A stretch of 64,000 nt of DNA from Syntrophorhabdaceae bacterium (GTDB taxonomy: Bacteria; Desulfobacterota; Syntrophorhabdia; Syntrophorhabdales; Syntrophorhabdaceae), in assembly GCA_963665295.1 (NCBI GenBank), contig OY762209.1, forward strand, positions 1,824,001-1,888,000. Reading direction: 5' to 3'. The notes beneath the pieces are model-generated. The model made no database searches, was not told where the DNA came from, and worked only from the letters and a program-made list of their open reading frames with translations. This document shows positions 39,142 to 47,606 of this stretch, one piece after another (within the stretch, counting starts at the first letter, position 1; every line of letters begins with the position of its first letter). The translations under genes and the position numbers were made by a program.

Positions 39142-41622
39142 ATGATTAAGCGAGCGTATGCAGCAGCAGCCACCATGTTCCTCATCCTCATCTTGTGCAC
39201 GTTTCTCTTTGTGCCTCAGTCCAACGCCGACACCTGCGTGTCGGGGCAGCGCACCTTCAACTTTATCAATAACTGTGGCTTCACCGTATGGGTGGGCGGT
39301 CACTCGATCCTGGACCCGACCCCGGTCCCGAGCTGGAACTGGAGGGTGAACTCGGGGACCACCCAGACCATGTGCATACCCGAGGCGGCATGGAACAGCG
39401 GCAGGTTCTGGGCCCGGACGGGCTGCGCCTTTGACAGTTCCAGCGTCCACTATCCAACTTGCACGACCAGCGCCGACTGCTCGCCCTATCAGGGGGTAAA
39501 CCCCGTCTGCTATCAGGGGGTCTGCGTGAAGCAGGGATGCCAGTTTAACACCGACTGTATCCCCTTTATCGGCGATAACAGCGCCCAGTGCACGAACGGC
39601 TACTGTCTCCTCCCGAGCGCCTGCGACCTTGGCGACTGCAACGGCCTGCTCAACTGTCAGTCCGGGGGGAGCACGCCCTCTACCCTGAACGAGTTTCAGC
39701 CCGGCGTTGCGGGAACGTCCGTGGACAACTACGACCTGAGCACCGTGGACGGGCCGGGCATCCCCCTGGAGATCGCCGTCATACCGAACACTACTCCTGC
39801 TCCGTGCAATAATCTCGGATGTGTCCAGGCCGGACCGAACTGCCCTGCCCCGTGTGTATGGGACGCCAATTCCAAGTGTCCTCCCGAGCTCCAGATACTT
39901 TCGAACTCCGTCGTGGTAGGATGTCTTGCCCCTCAGGATTATTGCAGCCGCAATCCGAACTGCAAAAGCGGCGGCGACCCGACGTGTACCGCGAATTCGG
40001 ATTGCTGCAGCGGGAGTTGCGTATCGGGGACCTGCGCCGTGGGCAGCTCCATAGACTGTAACAAGGCCCACAGCATGGGCGTGATCTCCTGCTCCCAGAA
40101 TTCGGATTGCCCCGTCTTAGGGGCGAATCTCTGCGGCGATTACCCCAATTATACCTGTCCCACCGGCACCACCTGTCAGATCATCAACACCGAAGCGCTC
40201 TGCGTGATGAACTGCAACCCTCAGACCAACACGTGCCAGGCCCTTCCCTGTACGACGAACGCCGACTGCGCGCCGAGCACGGCCACATGCAACGGAATAA
40301 CCAAGCAGTGCTCGGACGGGAGCGGTCCGTGCGACCCCACCCGGGGGAACTACGACTGCCTTGGCCCCCTCGGGGCGCTCTACGGGCAGCCTCAGGCGTG
40401 CGACCTTACCCCCAACTCGCCCACCATCAATACATGCCAGCCGAGTTCCTGGAGCCTCTATGCGTGTAACGGCATAAACCATACGTCCTGCAAGGGGACG
40501 GGGTCCTACGGAACCAGCGCGACGTGGTGCTGCGGCTGCTCTTCCTGGCAACAGGCGGACGGCGAGTGCCAGGCGGTGAACCCCACATGGGCGGCCGTGG
40601 CCGAGCCCTTTGCCGCGCTCTTCCACAACTCGTGCCCCACCGCGTACAGCTTCCCCTATGACGACAAAGTCCTGCTGACCTGCCTCGGCGATGCGGGGGG
40701 AGCCTTCGGCTACGATGTCACGTTCTGCCCCACCGCGGCACCCTCAACGTACAAATTGACGGTCACCCCCACAGGCACGGGCACGGGCACGGTGACGAGC
40801 TCGCCCTCAGGCATAAATTGCGGCTCCACCTGCTCCGCCTCGTTCACGGCAGGGGCCACCGTCACGCTCACCGCAGTTGCGAACAAGGGATACGCCTTCG
40901 ATAGCTGGTCGGGTTGCACATCCACCTCGGGCGCGACCTGCACGGTGGTCATAAACAGCGCCACAACCGTGGCGGCCGCCTTCAACAAGCCGCCATCCAT
41001 CTCGGTAAACGCCAAGAGCGTCAACCTGGGCAACGTGAAGAAGGGCGTCACCTCCGCCACCAAGACAGTGATCATAAAGAATACCGGGGTCGGCCAGCTC
41101 TGGGTGACCTCCACGACCATCACGGGATCCACGGAGTTCATTGCTTCGAACAACTGCACCTCCGGCATGGATAAGAACGAGACCTGCCAGGTCACGGTGA
41201 GCATCCTCGCCTCATCATACGGCAAGAGAACGGGAACCCTTCAGATCGCCTCCAACGATCCTGTGCACCCCACCGTTTCTGTGAGCCTCACGGCCACCGC
41301 CGTTGCGCCCAAGATGTCCGTGTCGCCCACCAGCATTAACTTCGGCACGGTCACTACAGACGACACGTCAACGAAGCCCATCAAGATCAAGAACACGGGA
41401 TTGTCCGCCCTCACCGTGGGGCCCGTATCGACACCCGCCGACGCGTCCTTCACCGTGGACGCGAGCGGCTGCACGAGCGGAAGCATTGCCCAGAACGCCA
41501 CGTGCACCATAAACGTGACCTTTGACCCCGCCACGGCAGGAACGAAATCGAGCAGTTTCACCATCGGCTCGAATGCCTCGGCTACCCCGACGACAGTGAA
41601 GCTTTCGGGTAAAAAGAAGTAG
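39142..41622 (+). CDS. Secreted thaumatin-like (PR-5) domain protein with Cys-rich inserts, an InlB-B-like repeat and two choice-of-anchor-D/ASH Ig domains
   Basis: Signal peptide; FINNCGFTVWVG, WNSGRFWARTGC, C..GDC, TL.EF, DNYDLSTVDG, CPPELQ, VGCLAP, F...CPTAYSFPYDD; then GTGTVTSSPSGINCG..C and two NFG.V...IKNTG...SNDP domains. Confidence 0.85.
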   Translation: MIKRAYAAAATMFLILILCTFLFVPQSNADTCVSGQRTFNFINNCGFTVWVGGHSILDPTPVPSWNWRVNSGTTQTMCIPEAAWNSGRFWARTGCAFDSSSVHYPTCTTSADCSPYQGVNPVCYQGVCVKQGCQFNTDCIPFIGDNSAQCTNGYCLLPSACDLGDCNGLLNCQSGGSTPSTLNEFQPGVAGTSVDNYDLSTVDGPGIPLEIAVIPNTTPAPCNNLGCVQAGPNCPAPCVWDANSKCPPELQILSNSVVVGCLAPQDYCSRNPNCKSGGDPTCTANSDCCSGSCVSGTCAVGSSIDCNKAHSMGVISCSQNSDCPVLGANLCGDYPNYTCPTGTTCQIINTEALCVMNCNPQTNTCQALPCTTNADCAPSTATCNGITKQCSDGSGPCDPTRGNYDCLGPLGALYGQPQACDLTPNSPTINTCQPSSWSLYACNGINHTSCKGTGSYGTSATWCCGCSSWQQADGECQAVNPTWAAVAEPFAALFHNSCPTAYSFPYDDKVLLTCLGDAGGAFGYDVTFCPTAAPSTYKLTVTPTGTGTGTVTSSPSGINCGSTCSASFTAGATVTLTAVANKGYAFDSWSGCTSTSGATCTVVINSATTVAAAFNKPPSISVNAKSVNLGNVKKGVTSATKTVIIKNTGVGQLWVTSTTITGSTEFIASNNCTSGMDKNETCQVTVSILASSYGKRTGTLQIASNDPVHPTVSVSLTATAVAPKMSVSPTSINFGTVTTDDTSTKPIKIKNTGLSALTVGPVSTPADASFTVDASGCTSGSIAQNATCTINVTFDPATAGTKSSSFTIGSNASATPTTVKLSGKKK

Positions 41623-41650
41623 TAGGACTAACTTATTCCAAGACCTTTCG

Positions 41651-41689
41651 CGGCGCCGGAGAGAGGGGCATTCCCCGCCTCCGGCGCCG
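41651..41689 (+). terminator. GC-rich hairpin after the thaumatin gene
   Basis: CGGCGCCGGAG / CTCCGGCGCCG 11-bp inverted repeat; no clear U-tract. Confidence 0.5.
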
Positions 41690-41963
41690 TCGATCTGTCC
41701 CCTGAACGGCCATTCGGCCGTGACATTCTTCTCACGAAAAACGCCCTTCTTCAGTGTCCTTTGCCGGTCCCCTTGCGAGGCGCCTTCCTCTCCTCCACGT
41801 CCGTGATCCGCTTAATTCCGCAATTACAGGATTGGGGAAATAAAGGAAGATAAGGAAAATAATGGGGGTAGGTTATGCATAGAGAGTCCGCCGTTACGAC
41901 AGACGCAGACATTTAGGTTCTAAAGCAAACATCACTCACCCCACCAGGGGACAACCAGGCTAT

Positions 41964-42899
41964 TTATTCGGGAAAGATAAAGTCAGAAGCTACTTTCCTA
42001 GCCTCAAACCTCGTCCCATTATCCATATTTTCATAAGCGAACAGCTTTTCAGTAAGGGTGATAAGCTTGTATGCATCTCTATTTGAAGGGTCTGACGGGT
42101 CTGCAACCGTTGTCTTGTCACCCTCGAGACCGGTCTTATAAATCTGGAAAAAGACGTCCCCCGAAACGCCCCATTCTCCGGATTCTGTCCTGTCCATTTT
42201 CTTCCCTGCCGGATCTATCGTTCTGAACCGAACCGTGTAGGAGCCATCATTCCTGTTATCTGCGATCCACATGTACGTTCCGCCTTCTTTAGTACTCGTA
42301 CTGCCGAACCACCTTCCGACAACGAGGCCCCATTTTGCCTCCCTTGTAGCAGGGACCTTTGCCGCATCCTTGCCCTGAGTCATCTTTGAGACCGGCTTCT
42401 TCTTCTCCATTTCCGTCTTAACTTCCTCGGTCATCTCCTTACAAAGGACCTTAATCTTTTCCTGTAGTTCCGGCAGACGTTTCTGCAATGTAGCCATGGC
42501 CAAACGCATGGCTACAGGCATCTTTTCGGTAACAGATCGGCCGACTGGACTCTTATAGAACACAAGCATCCCCTTCAACTCTTCTTCGCTAAATGAATGG
42601 ACATAGATGTTGATAATATCATCCTTTGAATTTTCCCACCCCACGCTTTGTTCCATGATATTCAATAATTTTTCTTGGTATTTATCCAAAATCGGTTTCA
42701 TGTCTTCCGGAACGCCGGCCTCAGACAATTGCCGTGCCATCATTGACCGCATTTCATCAAGAGCCTGCTTCATCGCTTGGTCAACCTTTGTCGTATAGAA
42801 CAAATATTCAACAAGCTCTCTTTGCGAGGCTTCGTCTGCGTATACGACAGGGCTTACGGCGCAAAGAGCAATTGCGATTAACAGCACCAGAGTCTTCAT
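41964..42899 (-). CDS. Exported DUF2059-like protein with an extra C-terminal beta domain
   Basis: Signal peptide; IY...FSEEEL..ML.FYKSPVG.....KMP motif; C-terminal LVVGRWFG...ESGEWGVSG domain. Confidence 0.75.
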   Translation of the reverse strand: MKTLVLLIAIALCAVSPVVYADEASQRELVEYLFYTTKVDQAMKQALDEMRSMMARQLSEAGVPEDMKPILDKYQEKLLNIMEQSVGWENSKDDIINIYVHSFSEEELKGMLVFYKSPVGRSVTEKMPVAMRLAMATLQKRLPELQEKIKVLCKEMTEEVKTEMEKKKPVSKMTQGKDAAKVPATREAKWGLVVGRWFGSTSTKEGGTYMWIADNRNDGSYTVRFRTIDPAGKKMDRTESGEWGVSGDVFFQIYKTGLEGDKTTVADPSDPSNRDAYKLITLTEKLFAYENMDNGTRFEARKVASDFIFPE

Positions 42900-43175
42900 C
42901 TGTTCCTCCTACGTGCGCAATAGATATGATATTCACTACCACTACTTGCTGAAGTATAGCAAGGAATAATCCGAGATGCTCGGTTTTAGGAAGCAATATG
43001 GATGAGGACATGCGGAGTCCGACAGATTGAATCCCGGCTTTTACATACGCTAAATTGCCATCTTTTTGCTAAAGTGATTTGCGTGCAAGTCCTACTTACA
43101 GGCACAGGGCCATTAGGGACGCTCATTGAAATATTAAATGCTCTTTTCTCGTCATGCCAGCGCCAGCTTCTCACG

Positions 43176-43920
43176 CCCTGTTTCTCAAAAATATGATAAT
43201 TCGATGAGCTTCCCTAATCCCTCCCCTTTTCAATGGGGAATTGATGTCAGTAACATATTTATGGCCCACGACCCCATCGCCTCTTGCTCTACAAGAAAGA
43301 TGTTCCCATAGTCAAGGTCCCATATATAACGGTTTGGCGTCTTCGATCGTTGAGTTGGTGTGCCGAGCCGTGATGCAAGAACCTTGGAAGTCTTCTCGAA
43401 TACCCGGTGGGCTTCGGTTTGCTTATCGGTTATATACTGAAGCGTCAATTTATATATCTTTCCGTCGATGGCACCAACTACCAGATACCAACGATACTGA
43501 TTGAAAGTTACTTGTGGGCCGCTGAAAACCTGTTCGCCCGCTATGCCTTTCCCGCCCTGAGAAGACCATAAAGCGGCATACTCATTCGGCGTCAACTCCA
43601 CTAAACCGCGAGCAGTTTTGACGTCTTGGCCGAAGCGATACTCTCCGATCTTGTCGATCATGTCCGCCCCATGACAAAGAATGGAGACCTGCATAATGAT
43701 CAAGCAAGCTGTTAAAACCCTCAGTGCCTTCAAGCCGCACCTCCCAATTGAATTTTCTCTTTGGAGATAGATTATACCACATACCAATGATCTTTTTTCC
43801 GCAAAAGCAATGTGGGTACCGCTCAATATTTTCCCTAATTGCAGACCACTCGGAAGACGACACCTCTAGAGAGCCCCCTGTTTCTCAAGAATCTGGTAAT
43901 TCAATGAGCGTCCCTAATCC
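43176..43920. repeat. 45-bp imperfect direct repeats flanking a single gene, plus an inverted 19-bp copy at 43112-43130
   Basis: 43176-43220 vs 43876-43920 are 40/45 identical and exactly 700 bp apart; ATTAGGGACGCTCATTGAA (43112-43130) is the exact reverse complement of 43900-43918. Confidence 0.85.
43230..43826 (-). CDS. Hypothetical exported protein
   Basis: 198-aa ORF; the true start is probably near LKALRVL, which is followed by a signal-like segment. Confidence 0.6.
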   Translation of the reverse strand: MSGTHIAFAEKRSLVCGIIYLQRENSIGRCGLKALRVLTACLIIMQVSILCHGADMIDKIGEYRFGQDVKTARGLVELTPNEYAALWSSQGGKGIAGEQVFSGPQVTFNQYRWYLVVGAIDGKIYKLTLQYITDKQTEAHRVFEKTSKVLASRLGTPTQRSKTPNRYIWDLDYGNIFLVEQEAMGSWAINMLLTSIPH

Positions 43921-43940
43921 TCCTAATCCTCCCCCATTTC

Positions 43941-44452
43941 CTGATGGAGACCGGCTCGAGAGTGGGCGAAGCCTGGGCGCTCAAAGTGAAAGACCTTGAC
44001 GTGAAACAACTGAAGGCAATTATAAGGCGAACGTGGAGCCGTACAAAGCTGGTGGAAACGACGAAAGGAAGAAACAAGCCGCCCGTCTATCTTTCGGACA
44101 AGACTTACGAGATAGCGAAGCGAAACATGGAAGGGAAGTTCGGAGAGGATTTTGTTTTACCAATTCGTTCACTGGTCGCGGATACACACAGGAATGCTTG
44201 CGGAAGAGATGGCGTAGGCACACCGATGCAGCCGTCACGCCCAAAGAGGCTACGCGACATTCCTGCTGCACGCAGATAGCGGAAAGCGGACAGCGTTAAG
44301 GACACACCCTCCAGACACAACAACTGATGCGCCATGCCGATCTCAGGAGCACACGGAAGTATTTTCACGGTACCGAGAGGAGCATGAAGGAAATTATGAA
44401 CCAGCGGGGAAGGTGGGAAACTCCAGTCAATCTTCCTCTTGGACGCCCGTAA
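43941..44452 (+). pseudogene. Tyrosine recombinase/integrase C-terminal remnant (two frameshifts)
   Basis: METGSRVGEAWALKVKDLD (box I), TKG, then ATRHSCCTQIAE in a second frame and QQLMRHADLRSTRKYFH (box II with catalytic Y) in a third. Confidence 0.85.
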
Positions 44453-44472
44453 TTTTTGTATTATAATCTATC

Positions 44473-44802
44473 ATGCCCATATTAACCCTCAGAGAACCCG
44501 AGAGGAAGATGCTTGTTGCGCGTAAAACGGCGCTCTTCGAGAAAGCGAAGCGTACAGGCGAGTATTTGCGAAGCTTGGGGGCAAAGGAGGTTTACCTCTT
44601 CGGCTCTATCACCAGGGATGACTTCCGCCCTCATTCGGACGTGGACATAGCCGTTTCGGGCCTTCCCTATGAATTCATCTACACCGTGGAAGCGAGGATC
44701 GCCGATATTCTCGGCACTGATGACTTCGACCTCGTGTATCTTGAGTATACAAAAGAGCGGGTAAGAAATAGGATACTTGAGCAGGGGGTCAAAGTTTGTT
44801 AG
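44473..44802 (+). CDS. Minimal nucleotidyltransferase antitoxin (MntA-like)
   Basis: YLFGSITRDDFRPHSDVDIAV (GS-x10-DxD) and FDLV; preceded by TTGGAC-17-TATAAT. Confidence 0.9.
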   Translation: MPILTLREPERKMLVARKTALFEKAKRTGEYLRSLGAKEVYLFGSITRDDFRPHSDVDIAVSGLPYEFIYTVEARIADILGTDDFDLVYLEYTKERVRNRILEQGVKVC

Positions 44803-45275
44803 CCGTTTTTCAGGATGTTCAGATAGAACTGGAGGAACTCAGAGAAGAAGTTGAACGGCTGAAAATTAAGAAGAAATTGTACAGAAAAGCGGTGGACGCC
44901 GACGTTGAGATTGCCGATTCGCATATGCGGGCCATGGCTTCTTTTATTCATGACATATACACCGGCATGGAAAAGCTCCTTGAAGGTTTGGTGAAGTACT
45001 TCGATGGTCAACTCCCGGCAGGTGAAGACTGGCACCGTAAATTGCTTGCAAGGGCCGGTTTTCCCAATGAGAATGCCCGGCCCGCGATAATATCCGATGA
45101 CACAGGCAAAATCCTTGACGAATTGAGGAGCTTCCGTCATGTTTTCCGGAACAGATACTTAAGCAACCTCATCCCTAAACGGGTCGATGATCTGGCGGGT
45201 GAGACAATAAGTGCCTTTGAGGCATTCCAAGAGGACATACGCAAATTTATAGCAGCTGTTAAGTCGGAGCATTAA
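44796..45275 (+). CDS. HepT-like (HEPN) ribonuclease toxin
   Basis: H.IYTG.E, P.GE.WH..LL, P.IIS......LDELRSFRHVFRNRY; overlaps the MNT gene. Confidence 0.85.
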   Translation: MLAVFQDVQIELEELREEVERLKIKKKLYRKAVDADVEIADSHMRAMASFIHDIYTGMEKLLEGLVKYFDGQLPAGEDWHRKLLARAGFPNENARPAIISDDTGKILDELRSFRHVFRNRYLSNLIPKRVDDLAGETISAFEAFQEDIRKFIAAVKSEH

Positions 45276-45700
45276 CTGCCGGGCCAGATCAACGAATAAC
45301 AAAGCCGTCTTTTCCTGGCAGTATTCGCAGACCTCCCCGCGTCAAGAAGGTCTTTTCAATCCCTATAAACGCTTCACACGACATATGCAGCCAGGGTGGC
45401 CATTAGGCCCTTCCTGCACGTAATGGTTAAATTCTGAGGCGAAAGCATTTCTGCTGTTCTTCCTGAAGTCTACACTCCATCCCGTTTCACCTACATAGCA
45501 CTTCCTGCACGTAATCGGTAAATTCCCCATGAAAACATTTCACCTTTCCTGTAACGGAGTTTTGTGAATTCTTCTGGACATCCCGCGCTACAAGTGATAA
45601 GGGATACCCTAGAGTCAATTTTGGCTAACGCAGCAGGCAAACGAAGGCGCGGGCGCTCAACGATCCCCTGTCTTGGCTGCCGCAAGCGCGCGGAGAGCTC

Positions 45701-46963
45701 ATGGGTTGCGATGTGTTGCTGAGCGAGATAACAGACTTCTATTCGAAGTCACGTGATTACAACGGGATCCCCATTTCCTCTCTCGTCAGACCCCACGGAG
45801 AAATGAAGGTGAGAAGCTGCTTGTCCCAACTCATCAGTGATGGGCTAGTGTCTGTTGTATTCGGCGATTACCACCCTAACCCACACATAAAAGCTCTTCC
45901 CCCAGAACCCGAAGCAGAGCAGCGCGAGAAACTTGATACACCCCGCTTCCAACGCGCATGCGCGTACCCAACTGCCAAGCACCTAACAACAGTAGTCGAT
46001 CCGGCCGCTTTCAGCGACAGACCATTCAACTTGTCTCTGGCGCTTGGGGAGCCACAGTTAACATACAAGAGTTTCGACTTATCGATACTAGAGATATATC
46101 GTAACGATCCGCGTTACCACTATAGCTACGACGACATTCACGGTTGGATTAGCGTCACGAGCGAGTTCTTCGAGACAGACAGGATGAAGGACTCAGACCA
46201 GGTGCTCCTAGAGTCTTTCGGTTTTTGTTTCGATAAGGAGAACAACGTCTACGTGGCTGCATTTCTCAGATACTTGTCAGGCCTTAGCCCTGAGCACCAA
46301 CTTATATGGGCTTCAAAGAAGGTCAGCAACGAAACGTACTTGCATCCAGATTACCATCGGACATCGATAATCGGCGATTGGCCTGAACGACTCTCCCTGT
46401 ATCAGGCCGTTCTGGCGGAGATGAAGGCGATAAATGATATCTGTGCAGCCATCGGACGTAAATCTTTCTTCAAAAACGACTTCGCCGAGGGCAGACGGCC
46501 ACGTGAGTTCGGGTATCTGCTCCGCCCGACGTTGAAGGAATACAACGAATTTATCCACCTTCTCGACAAAATGCTATCCGAGAATATTAACAGAGAGTTT
46601 TTCGGACATGATGTTTCTTTTGAGAGAGAAGAAGAAAGAGGTGACGGAAAGATTATTGTAAGGCAAAAGGGGACAATTCAGATACTGACTGATTGGCTAA
46701 GAAGTTGCTTTAAGACCAATGACTGGTCAGAAATTGAAGAAATGCTTCAGACGCTCCGAGATGTTAGGAAGTTGCGTCAAAAGCCAGCTCACTCGATAAA
46801 AGAGAACGAGTTCGACCAACAGTACATTCGTGAACAGCGGGAGGTCATGAAGCAAGTTTACCGTGCAGTCATGATTTTGCGCGTTGCGTTGGCGTTGCAT
46901 CCTTCGGCCTCCGAGATCAGGATTCCCAGGCAGCTAACGGATAGCCTTATATGGGCAGTGTAA
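45701..46963 (+). CDS. Hypothetical protein with C-terminal HEPN-like R-x4-H motif (candidate defence RNase)
   Basis: 420 aa; LRDVRKLRQKPAH in a helical C-terminus; no Walker A motif seen. Confidence 0.65.
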   Translation: MGCDVLLSEITDFYSKSRDYNGIPISSLVRPHGEMKVRSCLSQLISDGLVSVVFGDYHPNPHIKALPPEPEAEQREKLDTPRFQRACAYPTAKHLTTVVDPAAFSDRPFNLSLALGEPQLTYKSFDLSILEIYRNDPRYHYSYDDIHGWISVTSEFFETDRMKDSDQVLLESFGFCFDKENNVYVAAFLRYLSGLSPEHQLIWASKKVSNETYLHPDYHRTSIIGDWPERLSLYQAVLAEMKAINDICAAIGRKSFFKNDFAEGRRPREFGYLLRPTLKEYNEFIHLLDKMLSENINREFFGHDVSFEREEERGDGKIIVRQKGTIQILTDWLRSCFKTNDWSEIEEMLQTLRDVRKLRQKPAHSIKENEFDQQYIREQREVMKQVYRAVMILRVALALHPSASEIRIPRQLTDSLIWAV

Positions 46964-47117
46964 GTGGTAGGGGCTAGCGCAAGGCGCTCCACGCGGACAC
47001 CGCCTGGCGGCTCTCTCAAGCTTGATGGGACAAAAGGGTCGGCACCCGACATGAGACAACCATGAAGCGGCTTCTCTCTGACCCTCGATGTAAAGGCCAG
47101 AACAGACGGGGGTGTGA

Positions 47118-47588
47118 ATGAAAAAGTTTGTGTGGGACACATCTGCAATCATAAACATTAAAGAGCCGAATTCAGAGGGCTATTCACCCGGTCACAGCCT
47201 AATTAAAGACCTTTCTGATGGATGGATCCGCGGGCCATATCAGAATATATTCCCATCTTTGGCAGTTTTCGAGGTGTCCGCTACGGTCTCTCGAATGCAT
47301 CGCGAAGGCAAAAGAATATTGAGAGAATTCTACCTACTGGATGAAAAGTCAATATTGTATGACGTTGATAGGGGTCTTATTCTCAAGAGTCATGATCTTC
47401 ATGCTAAACAGGGCTTTGATCAACTAAAAGGAGCAGATTTGGTTTTTGCATGTATTGCCTATATTGAAGATGCTTATCTCGTAACGCTAGACAAACAGCT
47501 TGGAAGAAGCATATCAAGACATGTTAAAATCATAGATCTAAACGATAGTCGTGATTTGCCGGAATATAGACAATTATTTGAGCCCTAA
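47118..47588 (+). CDS. PIN domain protein
   Basis: FVWDTSAII, L..FEV, LKGADLVFAC.A, LVTLD. Confidence 0.85.
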   Translation: MKKFVWDTSAIINIKEPNSEGYSPGHSLIKDLSDGWIRGPYQNIFPSLAVFEVSATVSRMHREGKRILREFYLLDEKSILYDVDRGLILKSHDLHAKQGFDQLKGADLVFACIAYIEDAYLVTLDKQLGRSISRHVKIIDLNDSRDLPEYRQLFEP

Positions 47589-47606
47589 CCGAATACCAAC
47601 CATGGA

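Noticed and set aside
45701..46963. AAA ATPase
   Set aside because: No Walker A (GxxxxGKT/S) is visible in the translation.
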